Positions 55,179 to 64,000 of a DNA stretch of 64,000 bases are shown piece by piece. Numbering within the stretch: position 1 is the stretch's first letter; every line of letters starts with the position of its first letter. Below the pieces are notes generated by a model. That model worked only from the letters and a program-made list of their open reading frames with translations, had not been told where the DNA came from and did no database searches. The stretch is from an uncultured Acidimicrobiaceae bacterium. Its GTDB lineage: Bacteria > Actinomycetota > Acidimicrobiia > Acidimicrobiales > SZUA-35. Location of the stretch: positions 3,643 to 67,642 of the forward strand of contig CAZYMB010000002.1 in assembly GCA_964648795.1 (NCBI GenBank), given 5' to 3'. Made by a program: the position numbers and the translations under genes.

Positions 55179-55813
55179 GTGAGCAAAGCTCTATTGCATT
55201 CTTTGACATAACCACATTAGAGCTCGCTCAAGATCTCGTCTTTGTTGGCGGCGACTTAACAACTCCAAACTTGTTGGCTGCATACACCGCTGGCTACTTC
55301 CCGATGCCAGTCGAAAATGAAATCGGGTGGTTCTCTCCGCTCGAGCGAGCCGTCATGCTCACCGATGAATTTGAACCTTCACGATCCTTAAAGTCGTCGA
55401 AGAAAAAATTCGATGTCGATTTCAACACAGCGTTCGAGACCGTAATTGATGCATGCGCTGACCCAGCTCGTTCTGGGTCATGGATAGATCCACAAATCAA
55501 GAAGGCATACACTGAGCTTCATCAACTTGGGATTGCGCACAGTGTCGAAGTATTCTCCGGAGACGAACTTGTCGGAGGACTCTATGGGGTCCGCATTGGC
55601 CGCCTATTTGCCGGCGAATCTATGTTCCATCACGAAACTGATGCTTCGAAAGTCGCCTTCTGGGCTCTGTGCGAGTGGCTGGAAGAGACTTATGGATCCT
55701 GTCTGGTAGACGCCCAATGGATCACCCCACATCTGCGGACTCTTGGCTTTCGCACACTAAGCAGAGGCCAATATGCTCGCCTGCTCGCAACCGCCCTAAA
55801 AGACACGGAATGA
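55175..55813 (+). CDS. aat: Leucyl/phenylalanyl-tRNA--protein transferase
   Basis: LLAAYTAGYFPMP...IGWFSP..R, H(S)VEV...ELVGGLYGV..G..F.GESMF motifs are present. The TTG start overlaps the ppi stop by 4 nt. Confidence 0.8.
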   Translation: MSEQSSIAFFDITTLELAQDLVFVGGDLTTPNLLAAYTAGYFPMPVENEIGWFSPLERAVMLTDEFEPSRSLKSSKKKFDVDFNTAFETVIDACADPARSGSWIDPQIKKAYTELHQLGIAHSVEVFSGDELVGGLYGVRIGRLFAGESMFHHETDASKVAFWALCEWLEETYGSCLVDAQWITPHLRTLGFRTLSRGQYARLLATALKDTE

Positions 55814-55817
55814 TCAA

Positions 55818-57506
55818 CTAGATAGGCTTGATAAGCGATGGCTCGTAGTCGGCCGGAGCTTCAAAGCCAAGCAGATTAAAGATCGTCGCCGCCAAGTTTG
55901 CCAATCCCATGTCTAGGCTTGCCTCGCCTCGAACTAGTTCGTAGTTAACGTCGCTCCTAGAATCGCTAATTGCAAACGGAGCCGGATTCACAGTATGTGA
56001 GGTAACGGGACTACGTTCGCCGTCAACTTCTTTAAACATCACATCAGCATTGCCATGGTCAGCAGTAAATATGATCACGCCCGAAGCAGCGTGAACTGCA
56101 TCTGCAAGTCGGCGAAGTTCTCTGTCCATGTGTTCCATCGAAGCAATCGTGGCCTCTAGGTTTCCGGTATGACCTACCATGTCCCCGTTGGGGTAATTGA
56201 TTCGGCCAAAGCTGTAGTCACCTGATTCGACTAGTTCTATGGCGGCATCGGTAATTTCGGTGGCTTTCATCGCTGGGGCTTGAGATGGATCAATGTTGTC
56301 TGACGGGATCTCTACATAAGTCTCGAGCGCCTCATCGACAAATCCCGATGAGTTTCCATTCCAGAAGTAAGTTACGTGACCGAACTTTTGGGTTTCAGAA
56401 ATAGCAAAGCTCTTTAGCCCAAGCTCGCAGACAAACTCTGACATTGTTCTGTCGATTGCAGGTGGGTCTACCAGGTAGTTGTTTGGAATGTTTAGGTCAC
56501 CGTCGTATTCGAGAAGTCCAAAATATGAAATGTCTGGCATTTCTCCCCGATCGAAAGCATCGAAATCTGGTTCCTCTAGTGCTCTGGATATTTCGATGGC
56601 CCGATCGCCCCGAAAGTTGAACAACACCACGACATCTCCATCTTGAATTTTTCCAATTGGTTCTCCGTCGGCTACCACCACGAACTCGGGAAGGTTTTGA
56701 TCCCCGGCGTCGGACTCGGCATAGAAGGTTTCTAGAGCTTCATGGGCAGACCCAAACCTGCGACCAATTCCGTGCACATGGCATTCAAACCCCCGCTGCA
56801 CCATTGACCAATCTGCTTCATAGCGATCCATAGTGATGCTTTGGCGGCCACCACCAGATGCAATCTCATAACTGATGGTCCTGCCATCACCGCTAGCCTG
56901 GCTTCGCAGCTCGTCCAAAACAGCCTGAGTCTGGTCCAAGTACTCTTTGGCGGATCGTTCAGGAGTATCTCGACCATCAAATAGCAGGTGCAGACGTACT
57001 TTTTCAATCCCACTTTCATAAGCATTGCGGACAAAGGCATGTAAGTGCGCAATGTCAGAGTGGACCCGCCCATCAGAATGAAGGCCTAAAAAGTGGAGTG
57101 TCGATCCCTGCGCAGAATCAATAACTTGTTTCCAGTTCCTAGATGAGAACAAGTCCCCGCTAGAGATTGCACCATTAACCAACTTTGCACCTTGGTCGAA
57201 AACACGACCTGCACCCATTGCGTTGTGACCTACTTCGGAGTTACCAATGTCTGAATCGCTGGGTAGACCAACATATGTCCCATGAGCTTTTAGTTCTCTA
57301 TATAAATGTGAGTCAGAAAACGAGTCAATTGTTGGCGTGGCGGCCTCAGTCACTGCGTTAGCCTCGCCTTCTGGAGCTACTCCTACGCCATCGGCAATAA
57401 CTAGAACCACAGGGCCAGCGCAACCAGTGAAACCGGGGTGACTCGTGAGGGTCTCTATCTCAGATTCAGTTGTTTCTGTTACCGGTGTTTGTTGCGAGGC
57501 TGCCAT
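55818..57506 (-). CDS. gpmI: 2,3-bisphosphoglycerate-independent phosphoglycerate mutase (long form)
   Basis: VLVIADGVG, GNSEVGHNAMGAGR and the C-terminal ADHGNA motif are present. The length is 562 aa. Confidence 0.9.
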   Translation of the reverse strand: MAASQQTPVTETTESEIETLTSHPGFTGCAGPVVLVIADGVGVAPEGEANAVTEAATPTIDSFSDSHLYRELKAHGTYVGLPSDSDIGNSEVGHNAMGAGRVFDQGAKLVNGAISSGDLFSSRNWKQVIDSAQGSTLHFLGLHSDGRVHSDIAHLHAFVRNAYESGIEKVRLHLLFDGRDTPERSAKEYLDQTQAVLDELRSQASGDGRTISYEIASGGGRQSITMDRYEADWSMVQRGFECHVHGIGRRFGSAHEALETFYAESDAGDQNLPEFVVVADGEPIGKIQDGDVVVLFNFRGDRAIEISRALEEPDFDAFDRGEMPDISYFGLLEYDGDLNIPNNYLVDPPAIDRTMSEFVCELGLKSFAISETQKFGHVTYFWNGNSSGFVDEALETYVEIPSDNIDPSQAPAMKATEITDAAIELVESGDYSFGRINYPNGDMVGHTGNLEATIASMEHMDRELRRLADAVHAASGVIIFTADHGNADVMFKEVDGERSPVTSHTVNPAPFAISDSRSDVNYELVRGEASLDMGLANLAATIFNLLGFEAPADYEPSLIKPI

Positions 57507-57527
57507 AGTGCAAGACTAATTGAATCT

Positions 57528-58145
57528 ATGGACGATACTAAGCCAAACATCAAAGCCGTACTGTTTGATATCGGCGGGGTCTTACTTCGCACCACCGACC
57601 CAGTCCCGCGAGCAGAAATCAATGCAGACTACGGCCTAGGCGCTGGAGGCATCGAGCAGCTCGTCTTTAACAGCGAACATGGCCAAGCGGCTCAACTTGG
57701 CCAACTAACCGAAGGCCAGCTTTGGGAAAAAGTGGGCGTCCAAATTGGGCAACTAGATAACATCACTGCAGTGCGAGACAAGTTCTGGGCCGGAGACAGC
57801 ATTGATCTTGACATCGTGGACTGGCTCCGACAACTCAAAACAAAAGCCGACATTACTACCGCAGTAATTTCAAACTATGCCGACAACTTGATCCCAGACC
57901 TCACCAAGTACAAAGTCTTGGATCTGTTTGACCATGTAACTGTTTCTTGCCAGGAGGGAGTTCTAAAACCAAATCCCAAGATCTACACCGATACGCTTTC
58001 GACTATCGAAGCAACAGCCCAAGAGTCAATATTTATTGATGACACTCTGGTCAACGTCCAAGCCGCTCAAGAACTTGGCATAACAGCACTACATTTTCAA
58101 CCTGACCAAACTCTTGCTGAGTTAAAGAAGCTTGTAAAAATATGA
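57528..58145 (+). CDS. HAD-superfamily hydrolase
   Basis: Motif I is present (AVLFDIGGVL), along with a later S/T motif (VISN) and the C-terminal FIDD. I moved the start to MDDTKPN. Confidence 0.8.
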   Translation: MDDTKPNIKAVLFDIGGVLLRTTDPVPRAEINADYGLGAGGIEQLVFNSEHGQAAQLGQLTEGQLWEKVGVQIGQLDNITAVRDKFWAGDSIDLDIVDWLRQLKTKADITTAVISNYADNLIPDLTKYKVLDLFDHVTVSCQEGVLKPNPKIYTDTLSTIEATAQESIFIDDTLVNVQAAQELGITALHFQPDQTLAELKKLVKI

Positions 58146-58927
58146 AATACGATGCTATCTTCCTCAGTCCCCATCTCGACGATGCCGTTTACTCTTGTGG
58201 TGGAACAATTGCCAAGCTAACTCAACAAGGTAAGAGTGTTTTGGTCGTTACTATTACCGCTGGCAGCCCCAACCTTGATTCGTTGTCTGAATTCGCACAA
58301 CAACACCATGATCGCTGGCCTGCAAATTCTGAAGCTACGATAATTGAAACTAGACGCGATGAAGATGCTCGGGCTCTCGGTTTACTTGGCGCCGACTACC
58401 GACACGACCAAATTCTGGACTGCATCTATAGAACGAACGAAAGTGATAACCACCTTTACCAAACTGAATCTGAACTATTTGGCAAGATTCACTCCCAAGA
58501 TGGGCCAACGATTGCTGCGACAGCATTGACTATTGTTCAGGTACTGTCAGAGCATCTAAATGCCAGTGATACTTGCGTTTATGCTCCGTTAAGAGTCGGA
58601 AACCATGTCGACCATCAAGTAGTTTTTGCCTCAACTAAAGGCCTCATTAAAAAGTCAAAGCTGGCAAGAGATCAAGTATTTTTCTACGAGGACTACCCCT
58701 ACCATGAAACACAAGCCTCAGAGCCTGAGCTGGACACAGAAGGTAGGTGGCAGCCTGTTCTAGTTGATACTACACAAGCCCAGAATCAGCTCCGGATTCA
58801 AGCAATGGCACTCTACGCCAGCCAGATGAGTGATTTCTGGGACGACACAGACGACCTAACAGCACAGTTAACTGCGAGATGGGATAGGTACGGTCGAGCT
58901 GAGAGATTTTGGCAACTTAGCGCTTAG
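58142..58927 (+). CDS. PIG-L/LmbE-family N-acetylglucosaminyl deacetylase (MshB/Mca-like)
   Basis: The LSPHLDDAVYSCGGTIA (PHxDD) and HVDH motifs are present. Its start overlaps the HAD gene stop by 4 nt, and it is convergent with the mshA-like gene. Confidence 0.7.
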   Translation: MKYDAIFLSPHLDDAVYSCGGTIAKLTQQGKSVLVVTITAGSPNLDSLSEFAQQHHDRWPANSEATIIETRRDEDARALGLLGADYRHDQILDCIYRTNESDNHLYQTESELFGKIHSQDGPTIAATALTIVQVLSEHLNASDTCVYAPLRVGNHVDHQVVFASTKGLIKKSKLARDQVFFYEDYPYHETQASEPELDTEGRWQPVLVDTTQAQNQLRIQAMALYASQMSDFWDDTDDLTAQLTARWDRYGRAERFWQLSA

Positions 58928-60194
58928 CGACGAGCTGTTCGTCGACCAAAGATTCATAGACATCTACTATTCGTGTCGCTATGATCTGCCAATTGAACTT
59001 GGCTGCATCTTCGCCTGCTTGGGTAGCTAACTTCTTAGCAAACTCAGGGTTTCCTAAAACCTTACCTATCGCGCTGGCTAGGCTAGCTGCATCTCGAGAC
59101 GGCACATGCAACCCATTGACGCCATCAACCACTAGGTCACTTAGGCCGCCAACTTCAGATGCTATAACTGGTTTGCCCATGGCCATTGCTTCAAGAGCCA
59201 CCATGCCAAAGCTTTCATAGTGCGACGGCATGACTACTACATCAGCCGCTGCAAAATAGTTTGGTAGCGAATACTGATCTTTGGCCCCCACAAAGGCAAC
59301 ATGAGATCCTATCTCCAACTCTTGAGTCAATTTCTGAAGCCGATACATTTCTGGTTCGGGGTCATCGGCCCATGGGTCTCCACCAACAATTACCACGCAA
59401 CGCTTAGGATCGTCATCGCTTTGACTCTCCTCGAGAATATCCATTGCCCTCAAAAGAGTGTCAATCCCCTTTAGCTTTTCGATTCGACCAGCAAAGACAA
59501 TTAGCTGTTCACCACAGTCAACATTGATGGCTTCTTTGGCGGTGTCCGCCGAACGGGGACTGAAGCGTTCTAAATCGACCCCTGGTGGAACTTGAACGAT
59601 TGCTTCTGGGTTCGCTCCATAGTGAGTTACCAGCTCATCAGCCTCGTTTTGTGAAGCTGCAATAATCTTGTTTGCTACCTCACTTACGATTTGCTCTTCT
59701 GCAGTTAGTCGAACTGGCGAAACTATATCTTGCCCATCAATAGCATAAATATTCTTTAGGTGTCCGAGCGTGTGGAACATTTGCAGAACAGGTATGGGCT
59801 CTGGCAGTAATGTGTTTAACTCTCCGGCCACTAAACCAGAAAGCCAATAGTGACTATGAATAACGTCGTAGTCACTAAAGCTGCTTACTTCCTCATCGTT
59901 TGAAACAAACTCAACTAACGATGTTGTGAACTCTGTCACGTGATCTGCGAGTGCATCAGTATGAATTGGGCTGTAAGGGCCGGCTTCCAGATGCACAACT
60001 CGAACATTATCTCCAAGACTCTGGTGCACCTGAGGTTGACAGCGAGCATCAAGCCTGGTGTAGATATCGACTTTGATACCCATTTCACCAAGTGTCTCTG
60101 ACAAGAATCTGACATAGACATTCATCCCGCCAGACTTCTTTCCGCCTAGCATCGCCAAAGGACATGTGTGCATACTGATGACTGCTACTCTCAC
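58917..60194 (-). CDS. mshA: GT4 glycosyltransferase, MshA-like (D-inositol-3-phosphate glycosyltransferase)
   Basis: The N-terminus MRVAVISMHTCPL...GGMNVYV resembles the MshA signature. The C-terminal GT-B motif is ESFGMVALEAMAMGKPVIAS. Confidence 0.6.
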   Translation of the reverse strand: MRVAVISMHTCPLAMLGGKKSGGMNVYVRFLSETLGEMGIKVDIYTRLDARCQPQVHQSLGDNVRVVHLEAGPYSPIHTDALADHVTEFTTSLVEFVSNDEEVSSFSDYDVIHSHYWLSGLVAGELNTLLPEPIPVLQMFHTLGHLKNIYAIDGQDIVSPVRLTAEEQIVSEVANKIIAASQNEADELVTHYGANPEAIVQVPPGVDLERFSPRSADTAKEAINVDCGEQLIVFAGRIEKLKGIDTLLRAMDILEESQSDDDPKRCVVIVGGDPWADDPEPEMYRLQKLTQELEIGSHVAFVGAKDQYSLPNYFAAADVVVMPSHYESFGMVALEAMAMGKPVIASEVGGLSDLVVDGVNGLHVPSRDAASLASAIGKVLGNPEFAKKLATQAGEDAAKFNWQIIATRIVDVYESLVDEQLVAKR

Positions 60195-60231
60195 ACCAAA
60201 TCCTCTTTAAAGCCGAACAAGCATTCGAGTT

Positions 60232-60579
<348 letters not shown>

Positions 60580-60625
60580 CTAGCCGGCCGGAGAGCTGAG
60601 TGCACGAATCTCTGAAGACCTGGAT

Positions 60626-61564
60626 CTAGTCTGACTCGGTCTCAGATACCACGAAGTCAATCTGATCGCCATTTGACTCTTCGATTATCAAGTTTGAACC
60701 CTCCATCGAGCCGTTTATGTCAAACACGGCGAGATACCGAGTCTCCTCACCTCGTGGCTGAGAGTCTAGGGAGACCATCTCATAATCGGCTTCATCTAAC
60801 GACAGCGACCAAGCATCGGTATCAGCTAGGTAAGTTGTTGCCTCAAGATCAGCCGTCGAAATCTCGGCAAAGAAGAAACTCTTTCCTTCAAGAGAACGAC
60901 GGCCTTCAAGGTTTGGATTTAATGATGCTCTACCAGAGAACAAAGAGGCACCGTCAGAATCAAGCTGGGTTTGCGGCGACAACTCGTAACTAACAATCTC
61001 TACGACTGGTTCACCTTGCAACGGCAGAAGGGCAGGTCTTGCCGAATCTTTGTGTCGTATTTCTATGACCCAGTCTTCTAATTCGAAATTGCTTCGCTTT
61101 GTCTTGAACGCAAGTGTTATGTGTTGGGTCGCTTCATTATCGACTCTCAAAATTCTCGTCGATTCGCTGTTAGCAAATCTATCGAGTTCAATAACCGAGC
61201 TCGGTGAGATCTGTTCGGGTTCTTGGTCTAATGACCTGACTGACCGCAGCACTAGACCCTCACTAAAGAAAGTAGCTGAACCCGTCTCGTTTGAGTTGTA
61301 CACATCAACGTCTGCGACAACTGTGATAACACCTTCTTGGTCGGGTTCGGTAATACGAGCGTTTACAAGAGACCAATAGACGTTTGCATAGTTAACTGAA
61401 GCATGCGGCGATGTGAAGCGCTGTGAATTTAGTGGATCAGCCGCCACAGTCTCTGACGTTGCCAACTGGGTAACGATTGAAGCCACTCCGAGCACTAAAG
61501 CTACGCCCGCCCAAAGTAATCGAGACATACGATTAAATCGTTTTAATCTCAAATTACGGTTCAT
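60626..61564 (-). CDS. Hypothetical secreted or signal-anchored protein
   Basis: A basic N-terminus and a hydrophobic segment (LLWAGVALVLGVASIV) are followed by a beta-rich acidic ectodomain. I recognised no motif. Confidence 0.45.
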   Translation of the reverse strand: MNRNLRLKRFNRMSRLLWAGVALVLGVASIVTQLATSETVAADPLNSQRFTSPHASVNYANVYWSLVNARITEPDQEGVITVVADVDVYNSNETGSATFFSEGLVLRSVRSLDQEPEQISPSSVIELDRFANSESTRILRVDNEATQHITLAFKTKRSNFELEDWVIEIRHKDSARPALLPLQGEPVVEIVSYELSPQTQLDSDGASLFSGRASLNPNLEGRRSLEGKSFFFAEISTADLEATTYLADTDAWSLSLDEADYEMVSLDSQPRGEETRYLAVFDINGSMEGSNLIIEESNGDQIDFVVSETESD

Positions 61565-61636
61565 TACCTTTTTATGTTGTCACACTTTGTAAGTGCTGTC
61601 TACCAGAGACACTAAAGTAATTTCAAATCTCGCGAC

Positions 61637-62386
61637 TTAACCAAGCTCGAGAATTGATGCTTCGACAGCGCGTCGGTGGGACTCACGTATCGACAAAATG
61701 TTGTTGGGACCGTACTCTGCTTGACCCGTCAACTCAAACAACATCGCAATTGGGATGCTCTCGTTTGCTTGCAACTGAAACCTAGGTGTGCGATCAATAC
61801 AGTCAAGAACAACCTGTTGTGAATCAGACACAAACTGACGAGCACTATTACCGCAATCAAAAAAGTCTGCTCCTACTTCAGAACCAGAGTCAACCACAAG
61901 GTTAATGTCACCAATGTCGATCACTTTGGGAGAGTTACCTGGATTAGAAACAATAGTTTCGACAACAACAATATCGTTGCAACCAATCCCGTTGTCACAA
62001 CGCTGTGCATCTGAAGTAAATCGACTATCTACTAGAAACCAATCGACATCGTTATGTTCGGTGTTCTCTAACTCAGAAGCTAACTGGTCAATATCGATAT
62101 CAACCGTCTGAGCTTGCGCTCTATCGACCGCAAACCACGATGTTGCTCCAATTAAAAGAAGAGTAAGAGCTATCCAGACACTGACTAGCAACTTATGACC
62201 AATGGTCCCGCGTTGCATATTTATCATCGCCGCCACGAAGAGGTCCCTTCCGATCGTTGTGCCCTGAGGCCCGCTGTAGTCAATTACTCCATATTTGCTA
62301 GAGACTGCTTTATCCGCAATCAAAGACACTTGTCCGCCATTTCTAGCCCGCATTAACAGTGTGGCAGAAAAACCTTCAACATCCAA
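61637..62386 (-). CDS. Hypothetical signal-anchored protein
   Basis: The TM segment LLVSVWIALTLLLIGATSWFAV is followed by an acidic ectodomain with 4 Cys. The start is uncertain: the ORF maximum is 62386, and internal Mets lie at 62227 and 62218, just before the TM segment. Confidence 0.45.
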   Translation of the reverse strand: MDVEGFSATLLMRARNGGQVSLIADKAVSSKYGVIDYSGPQGTTIGRDLFVAAMINMQRGTIGHKLLVSVWIALTLLLIGATSWFAVDRAQAQTVDIDIDQLASELENTEHNDVDWFLVDSRFTSDAQRCDNGIGCNDIVVVETIVSNPGNSPKVIDIGDINLVVDSGSEVGADFFDCGNSARQFVSDSQQVVLDCIDRTPRFQLQANESIPIAMLFELTGQAEYGPNNILSIRESHRRAVEASILELG

Positions 62387-62427
62387 GTCGATGGTGGTAA
62401 AAGATTGATGGGACAGCAGTTATTTAC

Positions 62428-62910
62428 TCATGTTTGATGCAACTTAGCCCTGAGTGCAGAAAAAAAGTTTTTCAGCAGCGTTTCTGCCTCTTGAGCACCC
62501 ACTCCAGCAGTTACCTCGACAGAATGGTTGAATCTGTCCTCGCTACTAAAGTCGTATAGAGAGCCAAATACGCCGGCTTTGGGGTCATAGGCTCCAAAGA
62601 CAACTCTGTCTATCCGAGCCTGGAAAATCGCACCAGCGCACATTAAGCATGGTTCTAAGGTTACGTAAAGGGTGCACCCCTCTAGACGCCAATTTTTAAG
62701 CGATTTAGCTGCCTGTGAAATGGCCTGAATTTCTGCGTGACCCATGGGGTCCTGATGAGACTCTCTACTATTGCGACCTAATCCAATAACGGTGTCAGTC
62801 TCTTTGTGGTAAACCACGGCTCCAATCGGAACCTCGGACTCTTTTCCCGCTAGGCGAGCTTGCCCAAGAGCCTTTGCCATTAACGCTAAGTCTTGCTTAT
62901 ATTCCGCCAT
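62428..62910 (-). CDS. tadA: tRNA adenosine(34) deaminase
   Basis: The CDA zinc motifs HAEIQAI and LYVTLEPCLMCAGAI are present. Confidence 0.9.
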   Translation of the reverse strand: MAEYKQDLALMAKALGQARLAGKESEVPIGAVVYHKETDTVIGLGRNSRESHQDPMGHAEIQAISQAAKSLKNWRLEGCTLYVTLEPCLMCAGAIFQARIDRVVFGAYDPKAGVFGSLYDFSSEDRFNHSVEVTAGVGAQEAETLLKNFFSALRAKLHQT

Positions 62911-62971
62911 AATGCAGTACTGTCCTAATTCGCGTCTGGATTAAGTAAAACACCACTATATACTATTAAGT

Positions 62972-64000
62972 ATGGCGGAAAACTTCGATTCGTTCTGGCA
63001 AGAGCCAGAATCGGGGCAACTGAATAGTGCGTGGTCAGCCCGCGGCGGTATGACCAGTACCGAGAACCCCCCTGGCCCAGAACACACAACAACACTTAGC
63101 CCGATCGACAATCCGATTCCTGTTCAAGACTTTGAAGACTTCCGACCATCTGACCAACCTCGCCACCCTAGAGGCGGCTGGCTAGCTAGCCACATCTTAG
63201 TGACTGCGCTAAAAGTTGTTGGTATCGTCTGCCTTTTAGTCTTCGGGCTTTTCCTGGCTACTAGATTTAGCGGATCATCCGAAATAGCGGGTAGCGAAAC
63301 CGACCCAACTTCTACTTCCGTTGGAGAAAACCAAAATCAAAGTCCGACCACTACGTCTTCACAAGATCAAGACCCGAGCTCACCGATAACCAGCTCGGGT
63401 GAAGCTACTGATTCAACGTCGCAAGGCTTAGGGGCAAGCTCTACTAGCTCCGAACTAGATGCTACGACCCCAAGTACTGCAACTGGTTCTACTACTGACA
63501 GGGCTGCACAACAGTCAACTGCTACTACCGTTGCTCCATTGGCCGCAGCACCTACTACGACAGCAACGCCAACAACCTCAACTCCTACTACTTCGACACC
63601 AACGACGGCGGCCCCAACGACGGCGGCCCCAACGACTGCAGCTTCGGAAACGACGACTCCGGCTACCACCACATTTGCCAGTACCTTTATAACTATTGAT
63701 TCAAACATCATTAGTCAACCAAGCAGCCCGATCTATGTAACACGGGTACTAGTTCTTGCATCCAAAGACACTTTGCGCTTCGAATTGGGTCTGGATTGCA
63801 AAGGCAGCACCGAAAGAGTCTCACTATATGTGAACACCGCTACGGGTGAATGGCCTCTTATAGCTGATCAGCCGTGTGGACCAGCACTATCTGCGCGAAT
63901 TGAAGGACTTAACTCAGGTCAACGATACAGAACTAACCTGTTGTTTGGCGATAACCCTGACTGGACTCAGCAGGACTTAGTCATCGACTTCGCCAACATC
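62972..64000 (+). CDS. Membrane-anchored protein with a Ser/Thr/Pro-rich linker and a C-terminal globular domain (partial, continues past the right edge)
   Basis: This frame is missing from the ORF track because it has no stop in the window. My translation from ATG 62972 is open to nt 64000. It contains a TM segment (ILVTALKVVGIVCLLVFGLFLA) and then about 130 aa of S/T/P-rich sequence, including TPTTSTPTTSTPTTAAPTTAAPTTAAS. Confidence 0.7.
   Translation, partial: MAENFDSFWQEPESGQLNSAWSARGGMTSTENPPGPEHTTTLSPIDNPIPVQDFEDFRPSDQPRHPRGGWLASHILVTALKVVGIVCLLVFGLFLATRFSGSSEIAGSETDPTSTSVGENQNQSPTTTSSQDQDPSSPITSSGEATDSTSQGLGASSTSSELDATTPSTATGSTTDRAAQQSTATTVAPLAAAPTTTATPTTSTPTTSTPTTAAPTTAAPTTAASETTTPATTTFASTFITIDSNIISQPSSPIYVTRVLVLASKDTLRFELGLDCKGSTERVSLYVNTATGEWPLIADQPCGPALSARIEGLNSGQRYRTNLLFGDNPDWTQQDLVIDFANI

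Noticed and set aside
63367-63711. A 114-aa minus-strand ORF rich in VVGAAVVG repeats, and a 77-aa plus-strand ORF rich in LLR/QRR.
   Set aside because: Both are alternative-frame or antisense readings of the Thr/Pro-rich tract of the long plus-strand gene starting at 62972, which is open to the end of the window.

Overview
The window is gene-dense (about 78 protein genes and 4 tRNAs). I saw no rRNA, CRISPR array, transposase or integrase. The content points to a mid-GC actinobacterium, plausibly Acidimicrobiia-like. The markers are a WhiB-family regulator, an MshA-like GT4 plus a PIG-L deacetylase (mycothiol-type), HemQ/ChdC, an RsiG-like protein, the conserved tRNA-Glu/Asp/Phe cluster, and an Ask-Asd operon with a likely internal beta-subunit start.

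Functional blocks, left to right:
- glnD (partial), an S1-domain protein and hemQ
- tRNA-Glu, tRNA-Asp and tRNA-Phe
- hemB, hemD and hemC
- a DUF62 SAM hydroxide adenosyltransferase and an RsiG-like protein
- tRNA-Lys with a duplicated 3' end, followed by a small accessory-looking set of genes
- an acyl-ACP desaturase, dut and orn
- resA/ccdA, and pdxH on the opposite strand
- a long minus-strand respiratory cluster, ctaB-[three extra membrane genes]-ctaC-ctaD-ctaE-ctaF-ctaG
- a DUF1338 (HglS-like) gene next to a YdiJ-like FAD/Fe-S dehydrogenase
- glyQS
- a REC, UTRA-only and STAS signalling patch
- nfeD, whiB and tag
- Fe-S carrier genes
- an ECF sigma / soluble ZAS anti-sigma operon
- serS, gdh, glnII, asd-ask, ppi, aat, gpmI, mshA and glnB
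- tadA and a Pro/Thr-rich membrane protein that runs off the right edge

The most unusual observation is the module inserted between ctaB and ctaC. It contains a full-length heme-copper oxidase subunit I paralog that appears to have lost essentially all heme and CuB histidine ligands. It also contains a divergent subunit III paralog and an uncharacterised polytopic membrane protein. All three are tightly coupled to the canonical caa3-type oxidase genes.

All calls rest on reading the ORF translations and the sequence by eye. No database search or computed statistic was available.
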